Assembly (NCBI GenBank): GCA_965215605.1
Contig: OZ244070.1
Location: forward strand, 2,432,001-2,496,000
DNA from: an uncultured Candidatus Binatia bacterium
Lineage (GTDB): Bacteria > Desulfobacterota > Binatia > UBA9968 > JAJDTQ01
DNA length: 64,000 nt
Direction of reading: 5' to 3'
The position numbers and the translations under genes are program-made. Below are positions 34,295 through 45,109 of the stretch, one piece after another; position 1 is the first letter of the stretch; each line of letters starts with the position of its first letter. The notes under the pieces were generated by a model. The model made no database searches. It was not told where the DNA came from and saw only the letters and a list, made by a program, of their open reading frames with translations.

Positions 34295-36952
34295 TCAGAA
34301 GCTCAACGAAATGTCCCGGTGGTTCGAGAGGCAGGCGGCCACCGGTTTCGCGATGTCGGCAGGCAGCCGTTCGAGTTGCCGGATACCGATGGTTCCGCGC
34401 AGGGCGTCCTCGTAGGCGGCGAGACCGGGCTCCAGTTCCCGGGCGGCCCGGGACCGCCACTCCACCTCGCGATCGAAGAGAGCGATCGCCTCGCTCAGGT
34501 GTTTCGCGGCGCGCTCCCGGCCGGATGCTCCTCGCCTCGCCTCGGAGCGCGCCTTGGAGAGGATGGATCGCAAATCGTGGGTTCCGGGAATGGTCTGGAG
34601 CGCCCGCTCGACGTCACGGATCGCGGCACCCGCCAAATCGGCCGTGTGGGTATGCAGGATTTCGGGCAATGCCCTGACTGGCGCGCCGCTGTCCTCCAAT
34701 GCCGCTGCCTTCGCCAGCATCTCGCGTACGGAACGCGCGGAGGCGTAGGCATCGTCAACATTGCGCCGGTAGGCGCGTCGGGCGCCGGCTTCCCTTTTTT
34801 CCAGGGACAAGTAACGCCGGCGCAACTCCTTCCCGCCTTCGGGGCGTCTTCCCTCCACTCGGATACTCTGTTTCGTCAACTCATCGATCTCCTGGCGCAA
34901 GGCGGCCGCTTCGCCGGCGTTCGCATCCCGTCCCATGCGCCGGAGGGTGTCGCGGAGTTCGCCGAGTTTGCGGTCGATTCGCCGTTGGTCCGCGTTGCCC
35001 CGTCGAATGACGGCATGGACGGACTTGTAGGTCTCTCCGAACGCGTTCCGCTCCGCGCTGGCGCGGCGCACCTCCGAGACCAGGCCGAAGGTCCGTGCGG
35101 CCTTCCCCATGCCGTCCGTCAGGCTTCGTCGCACCATTTCCGGCAGATAGCTCGTGTCGAGAGCCTGCGCCCTCCGAATGCTCGCGCGGATGGCATCGCC
35201 GTGGCGGTCGTATTGTTGGAACAGGTGCTGTTCCAGGCAACGCTGAAGGCGCGGGTTCCGGGGCGGCGGCGCGGTTTCTCCGGTGAGGGACGTGCGCGCC
35301 GGCAGGTAGTTCACCAGCGGAGGATAGAAACCGACGATGGCGAGCGCCGCGAGCTGCAGGGCGATGAACGGGACCACTCCCTTGTAGATGTCCGTGGTCA
35401 ACACCGAGGGTGGGGCGACGCCGCGCAGGTAGAACAGCGCGAAGCCGAACGGCGGCGTCAGGAAGGACGTCTGCATGTTGACGCCGATCATGACCCCGAG
35501 CCACACCGCGGTGATGTTGGCCGAAGGATCCGACAGCAGGATGGGCGCCACGATGGGCACCACCACCACCGCGATCTCGATGAAATCCAGGAAGAAGCCG
35601 AGGATGAAGATCACCGCCATGACCACGATGAACTGGGTCCAGAAACCCCCGGGCAGGGTGGTCAGGAACTCCTTCACCAGCTCCTCGCCGCCGAAGCCCC
35701 GGAAGGCCGCCGTGAGCATCGCCGCGCCCAGCAGGATGATGAAGACCATGGCCGTGGTCTTGGCGGTCTCCACCATGACGCCGGCGAGCATGTTCTCCGT
35801 GCGGTAGGCGCGCCAGCCGCTCCAGGCCACGGACACCAACAGTCCGGCCACCGCGATGGCCGCGGCCGCCACGCCCACGGCCTCGGACACGCTGTGGATG
35901 GTGCGTACGTTCAGGTCCACGGTGGCGAGCAGGATGAAGAGCGCGATCAGGCAAACCCCCGCGATGATCGCCGGCGTGTAGCATCCGCGCTGCCCCTGGG
36001 TCAGCCGGTACCCCGCCATGATGGTGGCGCCGACGGCGCCGATGGCGCCGGCCTGGTTGACCGTGGCGATGCCCGCGATGATGGACCCGAGCACGGCCAG
36101 GATCAGCGCCAGCGGCGGCACCAGGGCCAGCACCACTCGGACGGCGAACTGGCGGTCGAAGCGCCCTTCCAGGGGGATGGCCGGCGCGCTGCCGGGCCGT
36201 ATGAGTGCCACCGCGAGAACGTAGATGACGTACAGGCCCACGAGCACCAAGCCGGGCACGATGGCCCCCAGGAACATGTCGCCCGCGCTGGCCGATGTGA
36301 TGTCGAACTCCGTGGGCATGACGAAGTTGCCCGTGGCGGCCTTATAGTCCACCTGGCGCAACGTGCTCGCCTGGTCGGTTGCATTGGAGAGCTGGTCGGC
36401 CAGGATGATGAGCACGACCGAGGGCGGGATGATCTGCCCCAGGGTGCCGGCCGCGGAGATGGTTCCGGTGGCGAGCGGGCGCGAGTAGCCGTTGCGCAGC
36501 ATGGCCGGCAACGAGATGAGTCCCATGGCCACCACGGTGGCGCCGAGGATGCCGGTGGTGGCGGCGAGCAGCGCCCCCACCAGCACCACCGAGATGCCGA
36601 GCCCGCCCGGGATCGGCCCGAACAGCCGCGCCATGGTCACCAGCAGGTCTTCGGCGATCTTGGACCGCTGCAGCATGATGCCCATGAACACGAACAGCGG
36701 CACGGCGATGATGGTGTCGCGCTCCACCTCCCAGTAGACGCCGCGAAAGTTGGTGACCCCCGCCGTCAGCCACTGGATCGGCCCGTCCTGGGCGAAGAAC
36801 GAGCTGGCGTCGCCGGTAAAGACGTAGCCCGTGAGAGCCGCGAGCCCGATGGTCAGGATGGCCGAGCCGGGCAGCGCGAAGGCCACCGGGAACCCTGACG
36901 CCAGGGCTCCGGCCATGACCAGGACCAACAGCGCGAGGAAGAAATGCTCCAC
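34295..36952 (-). CDS. dctM: TRAP transporter large permease (DctM) with long soluble C-terminal extension
   Basis: GFPVAF, AVPLFVFMG, GTLGQIIPPS, QTSFLTPPFGFALFYL, then ~290 aa hydrophilic helical tail; GTG start. Confidence 0.88.
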   Translation of the reverse strand: MEHFFLALLVLVMAGALASGFPVAFALPGSAILTIGLAALTGYVFTGDASSFFAQDGPIQWLTAGVTNFRGVYWEVERDTIIAVPLFVFMGIMLQRSKIAEDLLVTMARLFGPIPGGLGISVVLVGALLAATTGILGATVVAMGLISLPAMLRNGYSRPLATGTISAAGTLGQIIPPSVVLIILADQLSNATDQASTLRQVDYKAATGNFVMPTEFDITSASAGDMFLGAIVPGLVLVGLYVIYVLAVALIRPGSAPAIPLEGRFDRQFAVRVVLALVPPLALILAVLGSIIAGIATVNQAGAIGAVGATIMAGYRLTQGQRGCYTPAIIAGVCLIALFILLATVDLNVRTIHSVSEAVGVAAAAIAVAGLLVSVAWSGWRAYRTENMLAGVMVETAKTTAMVFIILLGAAMLTAAFRGFGGEELVKEFLTTLPGGFWTQFIVVMAVIFILGFFLDFIEIAVVVVPIVAPILLSDPSANITAVWLGVMIGVNMQTSFLTPPFGFALFYLRGVAPPSVLTTDIYKGVVPFIALQLAALAIVGFYPPLVNYLPARTSLTGETAPPPRNPRLQRCLEQHLFQQYDRHGDAIRASIRRAQALDTSYLPEMVRRSLTDGMGKAARTFGLVSEVRRASAERNAFGETYKSVHAVIRRGNADQRRIDRKLGELRDTLRRMGRDANAGEAAALRQEIDELTKQSIRVEGRRPEGGKELRRRYLSLEKREAGARRAYRRNVDDAYASARSVREMLAKAAALEDSGAPVRALPEILHTHTADLAGAAIRDVERALQTIPGTHDLRSILSKARSEARRGASGRERAAKHLSEAIALFDREVEWRSRAARELEPGLAAYEDALRGTIGIRQLERLPADIAKPVAACLSNHRDISLSF

Positions 36953-36954
36953 GG

Positions 36955-37962
36955 TCAGGACGGCTCGGGTGTGGGATGGTGCGGGTCTTCGCCCCGGAGG
37001 ACCGCCATGGCGTTCAGGAAGTATGCCAGGAACTGCGTCATCATGGAGACGGCGTACACGGCGAGGAATCCCGCCATCAGGTACTTGACGTAGAGGCCGA
37101 AGCCGCTCTGCGAGGTCTCGAAGTAAAGCAAGGGGGTGTTGATGACCGAGGCCTTGCTCGACATGCCAACGCCGAGAATGGTCCAGCACAGGGGCACGCC
37201 CAGCAGCAGCGAACCCCACGCGTTGACCAGCGCCTTGCGCCTCTCGTTGAAATGGGTGAACAGCACGTCCACGCGCACGTGGCCCTCCGCCACCAGGGTG
37301 TGTGCGCTGGCGAACAGGAACAGGGCGGCATACCAGAAACGGACCAGGTCGCCCATGAAGGCCTGTTCATAGGAGAAGATGAAGCGCGCGATGACGATCT
37401 GGAACTCGGCGACCACCACCAGCAGCGAGAGCCAGATGAAGTCGAGCCCGCGCTTGAAGCACGCCACCACCGCCGCGGCCAGGATCAGCGGCACATGCAC
37501 GTAGGTGCCGCGGAAGCTCGAGATGCCCAGCCGCTGAGCCAGCGCCTCGCCAAACACCGAAGCCAGCAGCCCTTCCACGCGCAGGAACGAGATGGCGCCG
37601 TCGACGACGCCGATGAAGAACGTCGACCAGAAGGCCGCGGCGATGACGTAGGCGGTGACGGAACTGAGCAGCGCCGCGTCCGACGCGAACGGCCGCTGCC
37701 GGGTCATGAACGCAATGACGGTGATGACGGCCACCGTCAGGACGTAGCTGGCGAGTTGCAGCCACGCCTGGAGGACCGTTGTCCGGTCGAGTGCGGCCTG
37801 CGCCAGGATGCCCCCGATGCCGGGCCAGCCCTGCCAGAAGATCAGGTAGTTGTTGAGAAGGAAAACGAACGTGATCGCGGCCAGCGACAACGCGAACGCT
37901 CGGTAGAGCGCATTTTTCGTTTCGGGCCATCCGCCGCCCGCGTCCCACCAAGCCTGTGCCAC
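36955..37962 (-). CDS. dctQ: TRAP transporter small permease (DctQ), extended
   Basis: EGHVRVD motif; multiple TM segments; lies between dctP and dctM. Confidence 0.82.
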   Translation of the reverse strand: MAQAWWDAGGGWPETKNALYRAFALSLAAITFVFLLNNYLIFWQGWPGIGGILAQAALDRTTVLQAWLQLASYVLTVAVITVIAFMTRQRPFASDAALLSSVTAYVIAAAFWSTFFIGVVDGAISFLRVEGLLASVFGEALAQRLGISSFRGTYVHVPLILAAAVVACFKRGLDFIWLSLLVVVAEFQIVIARFIFSYEQAFMGDLVRFWYAALFLFASAHTLVAEGHVRVDVLFTHFNERRKALVNAWGSLLLGVPLCWTILGVGMSSKASVINTPLLYFETSQSGFGLYVKYLMAGFLAVYAVSMMTQFLAYFLNAMAVLRGEDPHHPTPEPS

Positions 37963-37988
37963 TGTTGTAAAACCTGGTGACCTGTCGC

Positions 37989-38016
37989 ACTACGGGCCGG
38001 GGAGCCGGCCCGTAGT
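37989..38016. terminator. Perfect 12-bp hairpin between dctP and dctQ (mRNA-stabilising or attenuating)
   Basis: ACTACGGGCCGG-GGAG-CCGGCCCGTAGT. Confidence 0.55.
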
Positions 38017-38025
38017 CCCGGATGT

Positions 38026-39180
38026 CTAGCCGGAGACGCCCAGCACGCGGTTGCGCTGCTCCACGTAGGCTTGGTCCGAGACGTTCGACCAGCCGCCGAC
38101 CTCCCGGCGCGCCTTGTCGAAGCTGTCGTGGATGCGCTTGGCGAGATCGCTGTGGGTCACCACGCCGTCGAAAACTTCCTTGGCCGCCTTTCCGAACGCG
38201 TCGTAGATCTCGTCGTTGAACTTGCGCACCTCGACGCCCTGATCGCGGGTCAGCCGAGCCAGCGCCGCGCCGTTCTTGGCGTTGTACTCGGCCATCATCA
38301 CGTCGTTCTCCATCGAGGCCGCGGCCTCGATCAGGGCCTGATCCGACTTCGACAACCCCTCCCAGAACTTCTTGTTGAAGCCCGCCGACAACATCGAGCC
38401 GGGCTCGTGCATGCCGGGGTAGTAGTAGTACTTGGCCGCTTCGTAGAACTTCATGACCTCGTCGTTCCACGGCCCCACCCATTCGGTGGCGTCGATGGCG
38501 CCCGAAACCAGGTTCTCGTAGATCTGGCCGCCCGGAAGGGAGACCGGCGAGGCGCCGAGCTTTGCCATGACGTCGCCGCCCAGGCCCGGAATACGCATCT
38601 TGAGGCCCTTGAGGTCGTCGGCGCTGTTGATCTCCTTGCGGAACCAGCCGCCCATCTGGACGCCCGTGTTGCCGCACATGAGGCCCTTGAGCCCGAATTC
38701 GCCGGCCAGTTCGTCCCAGAGTTCCTGCCCTCCGCCGAAACGGATCCAGGCGTTCATTTCGGTGTAGGTGAGGCCGAAAGGCACCGCCGTGAAATAGGCC
38801 CAGCCCGGGTGCTTGCCCTTCCAGTAGTAGTCGGCGGCGTGATAGGCCTGCGCATTGCCCGAAGCCACCTCGTCGAACGAATCGAAAGCGCCGACGCGCT
38901 CGCCGGCGGCGAAGTAGCTCACCTGGATGCGGCCGTCGCTCATGTCCTGCACGCGCTTGGCAAAGCGCTGTGCCCCGGTGCCGAGACCGGGGAAGTCGCG
39001 CGGCCAAGTGGTGACGATGGCGACTTCGAGGCGGTCCTTCACGATGGCAGGGGCTTCAGGCGCCTTGACCACGGGGGCCGGTGCCGGCGCCTCTTGCTGG
39101 CCCGATATGATGGCCGCGGTTGCGCCGGCGCCCACGACGACACCGACGGCTGCTCCGGCAAGAAAGTCACGACGATTCAT
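38026..39180 (-). CDS. dctP: TRAP substrate-binding protein (TakP-like), Tat signal
   Basis: MNRRDFL; TTWP, YYWKGK, GNTGVQMGGWF, KMRIPGLGG, IDATEWVGP, YYPGMHEP. Confidence 0.9.
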   Translation of the reverse strand: MNRRDFLAGAAVGVVVGAGATAAIISGQQEAPAPAPVVKAPEAPAIVKDRLEVAIVTTWPRDFPGLGTGAQRFAKRVQDMSDGRIQVSYFAAGERVGAFDSFDEVASGNAQAYHAADYYWKGKHPGWAYFTAVPFGLTYTEMNAWIRFGGGQELWDELAGEFGLKGLMCGNTGVQMGGWFRKEINSADDLKGLKMRIPGLGGDVMAKLGASPVSLPGGQIYENLVSGAIDATEWVGPWNDEVMKFYEAAKYYYYPGMHEPGSMLSAGFNKKFWEGLSKSDQALIEAAASMENDVMMAEYNAKNGAALARLTRDQGVEVRKFNDEIYDAFGKAAKEVFDGVVTHSDLAKRIHDSFDKARREVGGWSNVSDQAYVEQRNRVLGVSG

Positions 39181-39445
39181 GAGATCCCCCTTGTTGATGA
39201 GTCGTTTGTTATCCGCTTGATCAGCGGCTGTGCCGCCCCCCGAAACCGGCAGCGTCCGTCTTGGCGAGCTCCGCGACAAACCGTACATCGCCGCACGTCG
39301 CGGCCCGGTTAACCGATACTACGACAAGCCGGATGCCCGCGCAACGAAAATCTTGTGTAAAGGTCAGCAATAACGAGGCAGTGTAGCCTCTCCGTCAAGG
39401 CGGCGCGGGCCTTGCCGAAAGAGGCGGAGAAGCGCCCCTGCTTCG

Positions 39446-40630
39446 TCAGTTGCGTTCGCGAACGCTCGTCACCAGCATGCCGAACACGGCGAACGCCACC
39501 CCCGAGCCCAGCAGCATGGCCAGCGTCATGTTGTCGAGCCGCGTGATGAGCAGGCCCATGGCTACCGGGGTGGTTTGGGCTGCCACGTAGTGCATGGACA
39601 TGATGAGGCCGCTCGCCTCGCCCACCCGGCCCTTGGCCGCGGAGTCCTGCGCCAGCGCCACCACCAGCGAGGGCACCGGCGACTTGGACAGGCCCAGGAG
39701 ACAGATGCCCGCGGCCAGGGCCAACGGGTGGGTAAGCCAGCCGTACACGGCCAGCACCACCAGAACGCCGGGAAAGGCGCCCATGAGAATGATGCGCTTC
39801 CGTCCCACGCGGTCGGACAGCATCCCCAGCACCAGGGCTCCGAGAATCGGGGTGGCCCCCCAGGCCGCCATGACCAGACCCGCCTGGTCGAGGGTCAGCT
39901 TCACGGCCTCGCGGAGAAACGTCGGAGTCCAGGACGAGGTGATCCAGAACACCGAGCCGCCGAAGAACTGCGCGGCGGCCAGGATGATCATGTTCCGGTT
40001 CATCATCCGCGGCTTTCGGGCGCTCGCCGCGCGAGGCGCGGCCTGCGCCCGGGCCGGTTCCCTGATGCGCAGCCACTGGATCAACGCGATGCCGGCGGCG
40101 ATGCACCCCACGGTGGCGGTGGCCCCGCGCCAGCCGACACGCTGGATGATGGCGGCAGCCACGATGGGTCCGCTGACGCTGCCGAGCCCGTAGGTGGCGG
40201 AGAGCAGGCCCATTCCCAGTCCCCGCCGCGACGGCAGGAGGTCCGACACCAGGGACAGGACCGAGGCGGTGATGGCGCCGTATCCCAGACCGGCCAGGGC
40301 CAGCAAGGCGACCGCGGCTCCGTAGCTCCGGACGGTGGATACCAGGCCGAAACCGGCGCCCAGGGCGAGTCCGCCCAGGACCAGCACCCTGCGACGGCCC
40401 AGATTGTCGGAAAGGCGTCCGGCCGACCAGCTCGCGCACGCCGCGACCACGAAGATGGCGGTAAAGAGGGTGCCTGCCCAGACCTCGGAGAGTTCGAGGC
40501 TGGCCCGGATCTCCGGCAGCCCGATTCCCATCACCGCCACCACCATGGCCGGCCCCACCGCGGAGAGGGCCGCGACCAGTACGGACCCCCAGTCGGTCCG
40601 GGTGGACTCGGGAGTCGCGGCAGCCGGCAC
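39446..40630 (-). CDS. MFS transporter
   Basis: GRLSDNLGRR and MLSDRVGRK motif A copies; about 12 TM segments. Confidence 0.85.
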   Translation of the reverse strand: MPAAATPESTRTDWGSVLVAALSAVGPAMVVAVMGIGLPEIRASLELSEVWAGTLFTAIFVVAACASWSAGRLSDNLGRRRVLVLGGLALGAGFGLVSTVRSYGAAVALLALAGLGYGAITASVLSLVSDLLPSRRGLGMGLLSATYGLGSVSGPIVAAAIIQRVGWRGATATVGCIAAGIALIQWLRIREPARAQAAPRAASARKPRMMNRNMIILAAAQFFGGSVFWITSSWTPTFLREAVKLTLDQAGLVMAAWGATPILGALVLGMLSDRVGRKRIILMGAFPGVLVVLAVYGWLTHPLALAAGICLLGLSKSPVPSLVVALAQDSAAKGRVGEASGLIMSMHYVAAQTTPVAMGLLITRLDNMTLAMLLGSGVAFAVFGMLVTSVRERN

Positions 40631-40703
40631 AGGTCAGCGGTCCCGGGATGGAATGGGGTACGGCCCCGCGGGCGGGGCCGTACGGTGGGTGTGGACGGTC
40701 AAG

Positions 40704-41681
40704 CTACGCGCCGATGGCGATCTCGTTGATGCACGGCAGCCCGCTGGCTATCGTGCGGCAGCCCGATTCCTCGACGATCATGATCTCGCCTTCGGAGGTG
40801 GCGGCGATGATGCCGGGGCCGTCGGGGTCGGGCACGGTGTCCATGATCCCGCCGTTGAGGTCCTCGGCCAGCGTCTTCCAGTTGGCGCCGCCGCGCTCGC
40901 TCCGCAGAACGGCCGCGCTGGCCCGCACCTTGCGCACCCAGGTGTTGGGCCGTCCCAGCGTGACTCCGAGGTACAAGCTGCCGTCATCGGTCTCGTTGAT
41001 GGTGGTGCCGTAGGTGCGGGTGTCGGACGGCGTGATCTCCTCCCAGTGGGCGGCCCGGTCGCGGCTCCGGAAGACCCCTTCGCCGCAGGCGGCCACCACC
41101 ATCTCGGGTTCATGCTTGCAGTGGTGCAGTTGATGGATGTCGCGGTCCCACAGGCCTTCGTTGGCGGTGTTCCAGTCCTGGCCCTTGTCGTCGCTCACGA
41201 GCAGTCCGCCTACCTCGATGCCGGCGTAGAGCCGCGACGGCGAGGAAGGGTCGTTGGTGAGATAGCGGGTGCGGGGCGCCTGGGCCGGGTTGGGTGGAAA
41301 GACCCCGCAAACGCCGCCCTCGCGCACGCCCGGCAACTCCTGCCAGCCCTTTCCGGGTGCGCCGTGGAAGAGCGCCGCCGGGCGGGTGCCGACGAACAGC
41401 GATCCTGGCAGCGCCCACAGCGAGAAGATGTCGAGGTGCGGCACGTTGGGGGTGGACCGGGTCCAGCTCTCGCCGCCATCATGGGTGTAGAAAAGCCCCG
41501 AGTGCTCGGTACCCCCGTACACGGTCCGCGGGTCCTCCGGATCGACCGCGATGCAACTCAGGTTCCAGAACGTCAGGTCCCGTTCCACCTGGCTCCACGA
41601 ATCGCCGTTCTTCTCGAAGCGGTACCACCCGGAATGGGTCATGACGTGAAGCGCCTTCGTGTGACCGTTCGTATCGCTCAT
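40704..41681 (-). CDS. BNR/WD40-like beta-propeller protein
   Basis: Repeated Asp-box-like motifs THDGGESW, SDDKGQDW, SRDRAAHW, SERGGANW. Confidence 0.8.
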   Translation of the reverse strand: MSDTNGHTKALHVMTHSGWYRFEKNGDSWSQVERDLTFWNLSCIAVDPEDPRTVYGGTEHSGLFYTHDGGESWTRSTPNVPHLDIFSLWALPGSLFVGTRPAALFHGAPGKGWQELPGVREGGVCGVFPPNPAQAPRTRYLTNDPSSPSRLYAGIEVGGLLVSDDKGQDWNTANEGLWDRDIHQLHHCKHEPEMVVAACGEGVFRSRDRAAHWEEITPSDTRTYGTTINETDDGSLYLGVTLGRPNTWVRKVRASAAVLRSERGGANWKTLAEDLNGGIMDTVPDPDGPGIIAATSEGEIMIVEESGCRTIASGLPCINEIAIGA

Positions 41682-41795
41682 GGGGGTCTCCTCCCGCGGG
41701 GTTGGCTGAAAGACGTGGGCAGTTGCGTGGGAACGCGAACAGCTTGCCGACCTCTATCAATCTTGCGGTCGGAGTGTCAAGCAGGCCTCGGGCCG

Positions 41796-42554
41796 TTACG
41801 CGTCGGCCAGCAGCGGGTTCAGCTTGCGGAAGAATTCGCCGATCTCGCCCTCGTAGCTATAGTCGGCCAGGGATTCGATGTGCGTGGATTCCCGGTTGAC
41901 GATGGCGAGGATCGCGCCGGCCTGCTTGGCGATGACGGGGAACGACGCGGCGGGTTGCACCACCAGGGACGAGCCCACCACGATGAAGACGTCCGCTGCT
42001 TCGCTCCAGACCTGGGCCTGCTGCATGGCGGCTTGCGGCATGGGTTGCCCGAAGGAGATGGTGCCGGTCTTGAGCAGCCCGTTGCAGGCGTCGCAGCGTG
42101 GCGAGGTGAACTCCTCGCCCAGGCCTTCCAGCACCGCGTCCGGATCGAAGCTCTTGCCGCAGCCGAGGCACACCACCGTGCGGTCCGAGCCGTGCAGTTC
42201 CACTATCTTGTCGTCCGAGACGCCGCCCCGGCTGTGCAGGCCGTCGATGTTCTGGGTGATGAGTCCCAGGAGCTTGCCGCGCTTTTCGAAATCACTGATG
42301 GAGGTGTGACCGATGTTGGGCTTGACCTCCTTGTAGAGCTGGTAGCTTTCCTTCTTGCGCTGCCAGGCCTGGACGCGCGCTTCCTCGCTGTTCATGAACT
42401 CGTCGAAGTAGACCGGCCTCATGCGGGTCCACTTGCCGCCGGGGCTTCGGAAGTCGGGGATGCCCGATTCGGTGCTGATGCCGGCGCCGGTGAAGAAGAC
42501 GATGTCGGTGGCGCGCCGGAGCGTCGCGGCGAAGTCGTCGAGGGTCATGGTCAT
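41796..42554 (-). CDS. NAD-dependent protein deacylase (Sir2/CobB family)
   Basis: GAGISTESGIPDFR, TQNIDGLH, ELHG, CxxC...CxxC, GSSLVVQPA. Confidence 0.92.
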   Translation of the reverse strand: MTMTLDDFAATLRRATDIVFFTGAGISTESGIPDFRSPGGKWTRMRPVYFDEFMNSEEARVQAWQRKKESYQLYKEVKPNIGHTSISDFEKRGKLLGLITQNIDGLHSRGGVSDDKIVELHGSDRTVVCLGCGKSFDPDAVLEGLGEEFTSPRCDACNGLLKTGTISFGQPMPQAAMQQAQVWSEAADVFIVVGSSLVVQPAASFPVIAKQAGAILAIVNRESTHIESLADYSYEGEIGEFFRKLNPLLADA

Positions 42555-42766
42555 CCTTCCGGAAAGGTTGCGTCCGCGGCCGAGCGCCAAGTCTCCCGAA
42601 TGTGGCTCGCGAAGTCAAATCGCGACGGGCTCGCGGCGGCTCTCCGTTGACTCGCTCCATCCGGGGCGATATGCCATCCATGGTGCGACGTTCGCCGGTT
42701 CCCGTGCCGTGCACCCGACGCGGGCGGGGTTGACCCCGCCCCTACACCAGACGACCGAGGTAACCA

Positions 42767-45043
42767 ATGGCAGCAGACAAGATCGTGGGCGTTCCCACCC
42801 CCCGTGTGGAGGGCGTGGGCAAGGTGACGGGCGAGGCGGTCTACGCGGTGGACGTGACCCTTCCGGACATGCTGTGGGGCAAGGTGCTGCGGAGCCCGAT
42901 CCCCTACGGGAAGATCAAGCGCATCGACACGAGCCGGGCGGAGCAGGTCCCGGGGGTCCGGGCCGTGGTCACCGGCGCCGACGTGGCCGGGCTCAAGATC
43001 GGCCGGCGGCTGTGCGACATGTCCATCCTGGCCGAGGACGTGGTCCGCTTCGTGGGCGAGAAGGTGGCGGCGGTGGCGGCCGACAGCGAGGAGGCGGCGG
43101 AGCGGGCGGCGGAGTTGATCGCGGTGGAGTACGAGGACCTGGAGCCGGTGCTCGATCCGCTGGAGGCGGTGAAGCCCTCGGCCCCTCTGATCCATCCGGA
43201 CGTCATGAGCTACGACGGACTCATGGCGCCGCTGGACTCGCCCACCAACACCTTCGTGTACCTGTCATGGGGCAAGGGGGACGTCGAGAAGGGGTTCGCC
43301 GAATCCGACGTCATCGTGGAGAACACGTTCTACACGCAGCCGGTGCACCAAGGCTACATCGAGCCCCACTCCTGCGTGGTCAGTGTGACGGAATCCGGGA
43401 CCGCGGAGATCTGGTCCTGCAGCAAGACCCCGTTCGCCCTGCGCCAGCAGCTTGCCAAGGCCTTGCAGATGCCGTTCGAGAGCCTGATGGTGCATCCGTG
43501 CTACATCGGCGGCGATTTCGGCGGCAAGGGCGACTTCATGGACGTTGCCGTGGCCTACGTGCTGTCGCGGAAGAGCGGGCGTCCGGTGAAGATGGTCATG
43601 GACTACGACGAGGAGCTCATGGCCGGCAACCCGCGCCACGCCTGCACCATCAAGGTCCGCACCGGAGTCAAGCGGGACGGCCGGATCATGGCGCATCATC
43701 TCGACTTCATCTTCGACAGTGGCGCCTACGGCGCCTTCAAGCCCATCGGCTTTCTCTTCGGCGCCCAGGAGGCCGGGGGCGCCTACAACATGCCGCACCA
43801 CCTGAGCGAGGAGCGGGTGGTCTACACCAACAAGATCCCGTGCGGGCACATGCGGGCCCCGGGCGACCCCCAGGGCTTTTTCGCCACCGAGAGCCAGATG
43901 GACGCGGTGGCCAGGGAACTGGGCATGGACCCGGTGGAGTTCAGGAAGATCAACCTGATGCATGACGGCGACGAGTCGCCCACCGGCCACGTGCTGCACC
44001 ACATCAAGGCCGAGGAGACCCTGGACAAGGCCGTCGCCGAGTCCGGCTACCGGACCCCCAAGGGCGCCAACACCGGGCGCGGGGTGGCCGTGGCCCAGTG
44101 GCTGCCGCTGGGAGGCGAGTGCTACGCCTTCGTCACCATCGACACGGACGGGTCCGTCACGGTCTCGTGCGCGGCCATGGACCAAGGCAGCGGCACCTAC
44201 ACGGTGCTCCGGCAACTGGCGGCCCAGGAGCTCCAGGTGCCGCTGGAATCCGTGAACCTGGAGACCCTGGACTCCACCCAGGTGGAGAAGGACCAAGGCC
44301 TGGGCGGCAGCCGCGGCACCCGGATCTACGGCAACGCCGCCTACCGGGCGGTGACGGCGGCGAAGGAAGAACTGTTGCAAATCGCGGCCGAGGCCATGGG
44401 CACGGACGTCGACAAGGTGGCGGTGGCCGAGGGGGGCGTGACACAGCTCGACGCGGAGCGGCGCATGACCTTCGCCGAGCTGGTCCGCGCCAAGGGCTCG
44501 GCCATCGAGGGCGCGGGCCACTACAACGACACCACCATGGGCCCGGAAGCTTCCATGTGCGCCGAGGTGGCTGAGGTGGAGGTGGATCCCGAGACCGGCC
44601 AGGTGGAGCTACGCAGGGTCACCGCGGCGCTCAACACCGGCACCATCATCAACCCGCTCATGCACCAGGGTCAGATCGACGGCGCCATCGTCATGGGAGT
44701 GGGCTACGCGCTCATGGAGGACGTGCAGTTCGACGACGGCAAGGTTACCACGGCCAACCTCGGCGACTACAAGATACCGACCATCCGGGACCTGCCGGAG
44801 CTGCGCACTGCCCTGATCCAGTCCGACACCGGCAGCGGCCCCTACAACAGCATGAGCATCGGCGAGACGCCCATCATCCCGTTCGCCGCCGCGGTGGCCA
44901 ACGCGGTGGCCGACGCCACCGGCGCGCGCATCCGGTCGCTTCCCATCACGGCCGAGAAGGTGCTGTCGAGGATGTCCGAGTCTGGCGCGCCGGCCTCTCG
45001 ATCCGCCCGCCAGGGGCTGGACAGCGTCCTGCCTCGTGGCTAA
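42767..45043 (+). CDS. Xanthine dehydrogenase-family molybdopterin-binding large subunit
   Basis: KVTGEAVY, LRSP, GGDFGGKG, MRAPG, GQIDG, IGE, LPITAEKV. Confidence 0.9.
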   Translation: MAADKIVGVPTPRVEGVGKVTGEAVYAVDVTLPDMLWGKVLRSPIPYGKIKRIDTSRAEQVPGVRAVVTGADVAGLKIGRRLCDMSILAEDVVRFVGEKVAAVAADSEEAAERAAELIAVEYEDLEPVLDPLEAVKPSAPLIHPDVMSYDGLMAPLDSPTNTFVYLSWGKGDVEKGFAESDVIVENTFYTQPVHQGYIEPHSCVVSVTESGTAEIWSCSKTPFALRQQLAKALQMPFESLMVHPCYIGGDFGGKGDFMDVAVAYVLSRKSGRPVKMVMDYDEELMAGNPRHACTIKVRTGVKRDGRIMAHHLDFIFDSGAYGAFKPIGFLFGAQEAGGAYNMPHHLSEERVVYTNKIPCGHMRAPGDPQGFFATESQMDAVARELGMDPVEFRKINLMHDGDESPTGHVLHHIKAEETLDKAVAESGYRTPKGANTGRGVAVAQWLPLGGECYAFVTIDTDGSVTVSCAAMDQGSGTYTVLRQLAAQELQVPLESVNLETLDSTQVEKDQGLGGSRGTRIYGNAAYRAVTAAKEELLQIAAEAMGTDVDKVAVAEGGVTQLDAERRMTFAELVRAKGSAIEGAGHYNDTTMGPEASMCAEVAEVEVDPETGQVELRRVTAALNTGTIINPLMHQGQIDGAIVMGVGYALMEDVQFDDGKVTTANLGDYKIPTIRDLPELRTALIQSDTGSGPYNSMSIGETPIIPFAAAVANAVADATGARIRSLPITAEKVLSRMSESGAPASRSARQGLDSVLPRG

Positions 45044-45109
45044 CGGCCGGCAACGCGCCCACGGACCCGTAGTTTCGTGAAGCCATATTTCAGGCAGGGC
45101 ACCAGCTTC

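Noticed and set aside
41796-42554. Sir2 as an anti-phage NADase (Thoeris/DSR-like)
   Set aside because: It is a stand-alone CobB-type deacylase with a Zn ribbon and catalytic His, with no defence partner genes.
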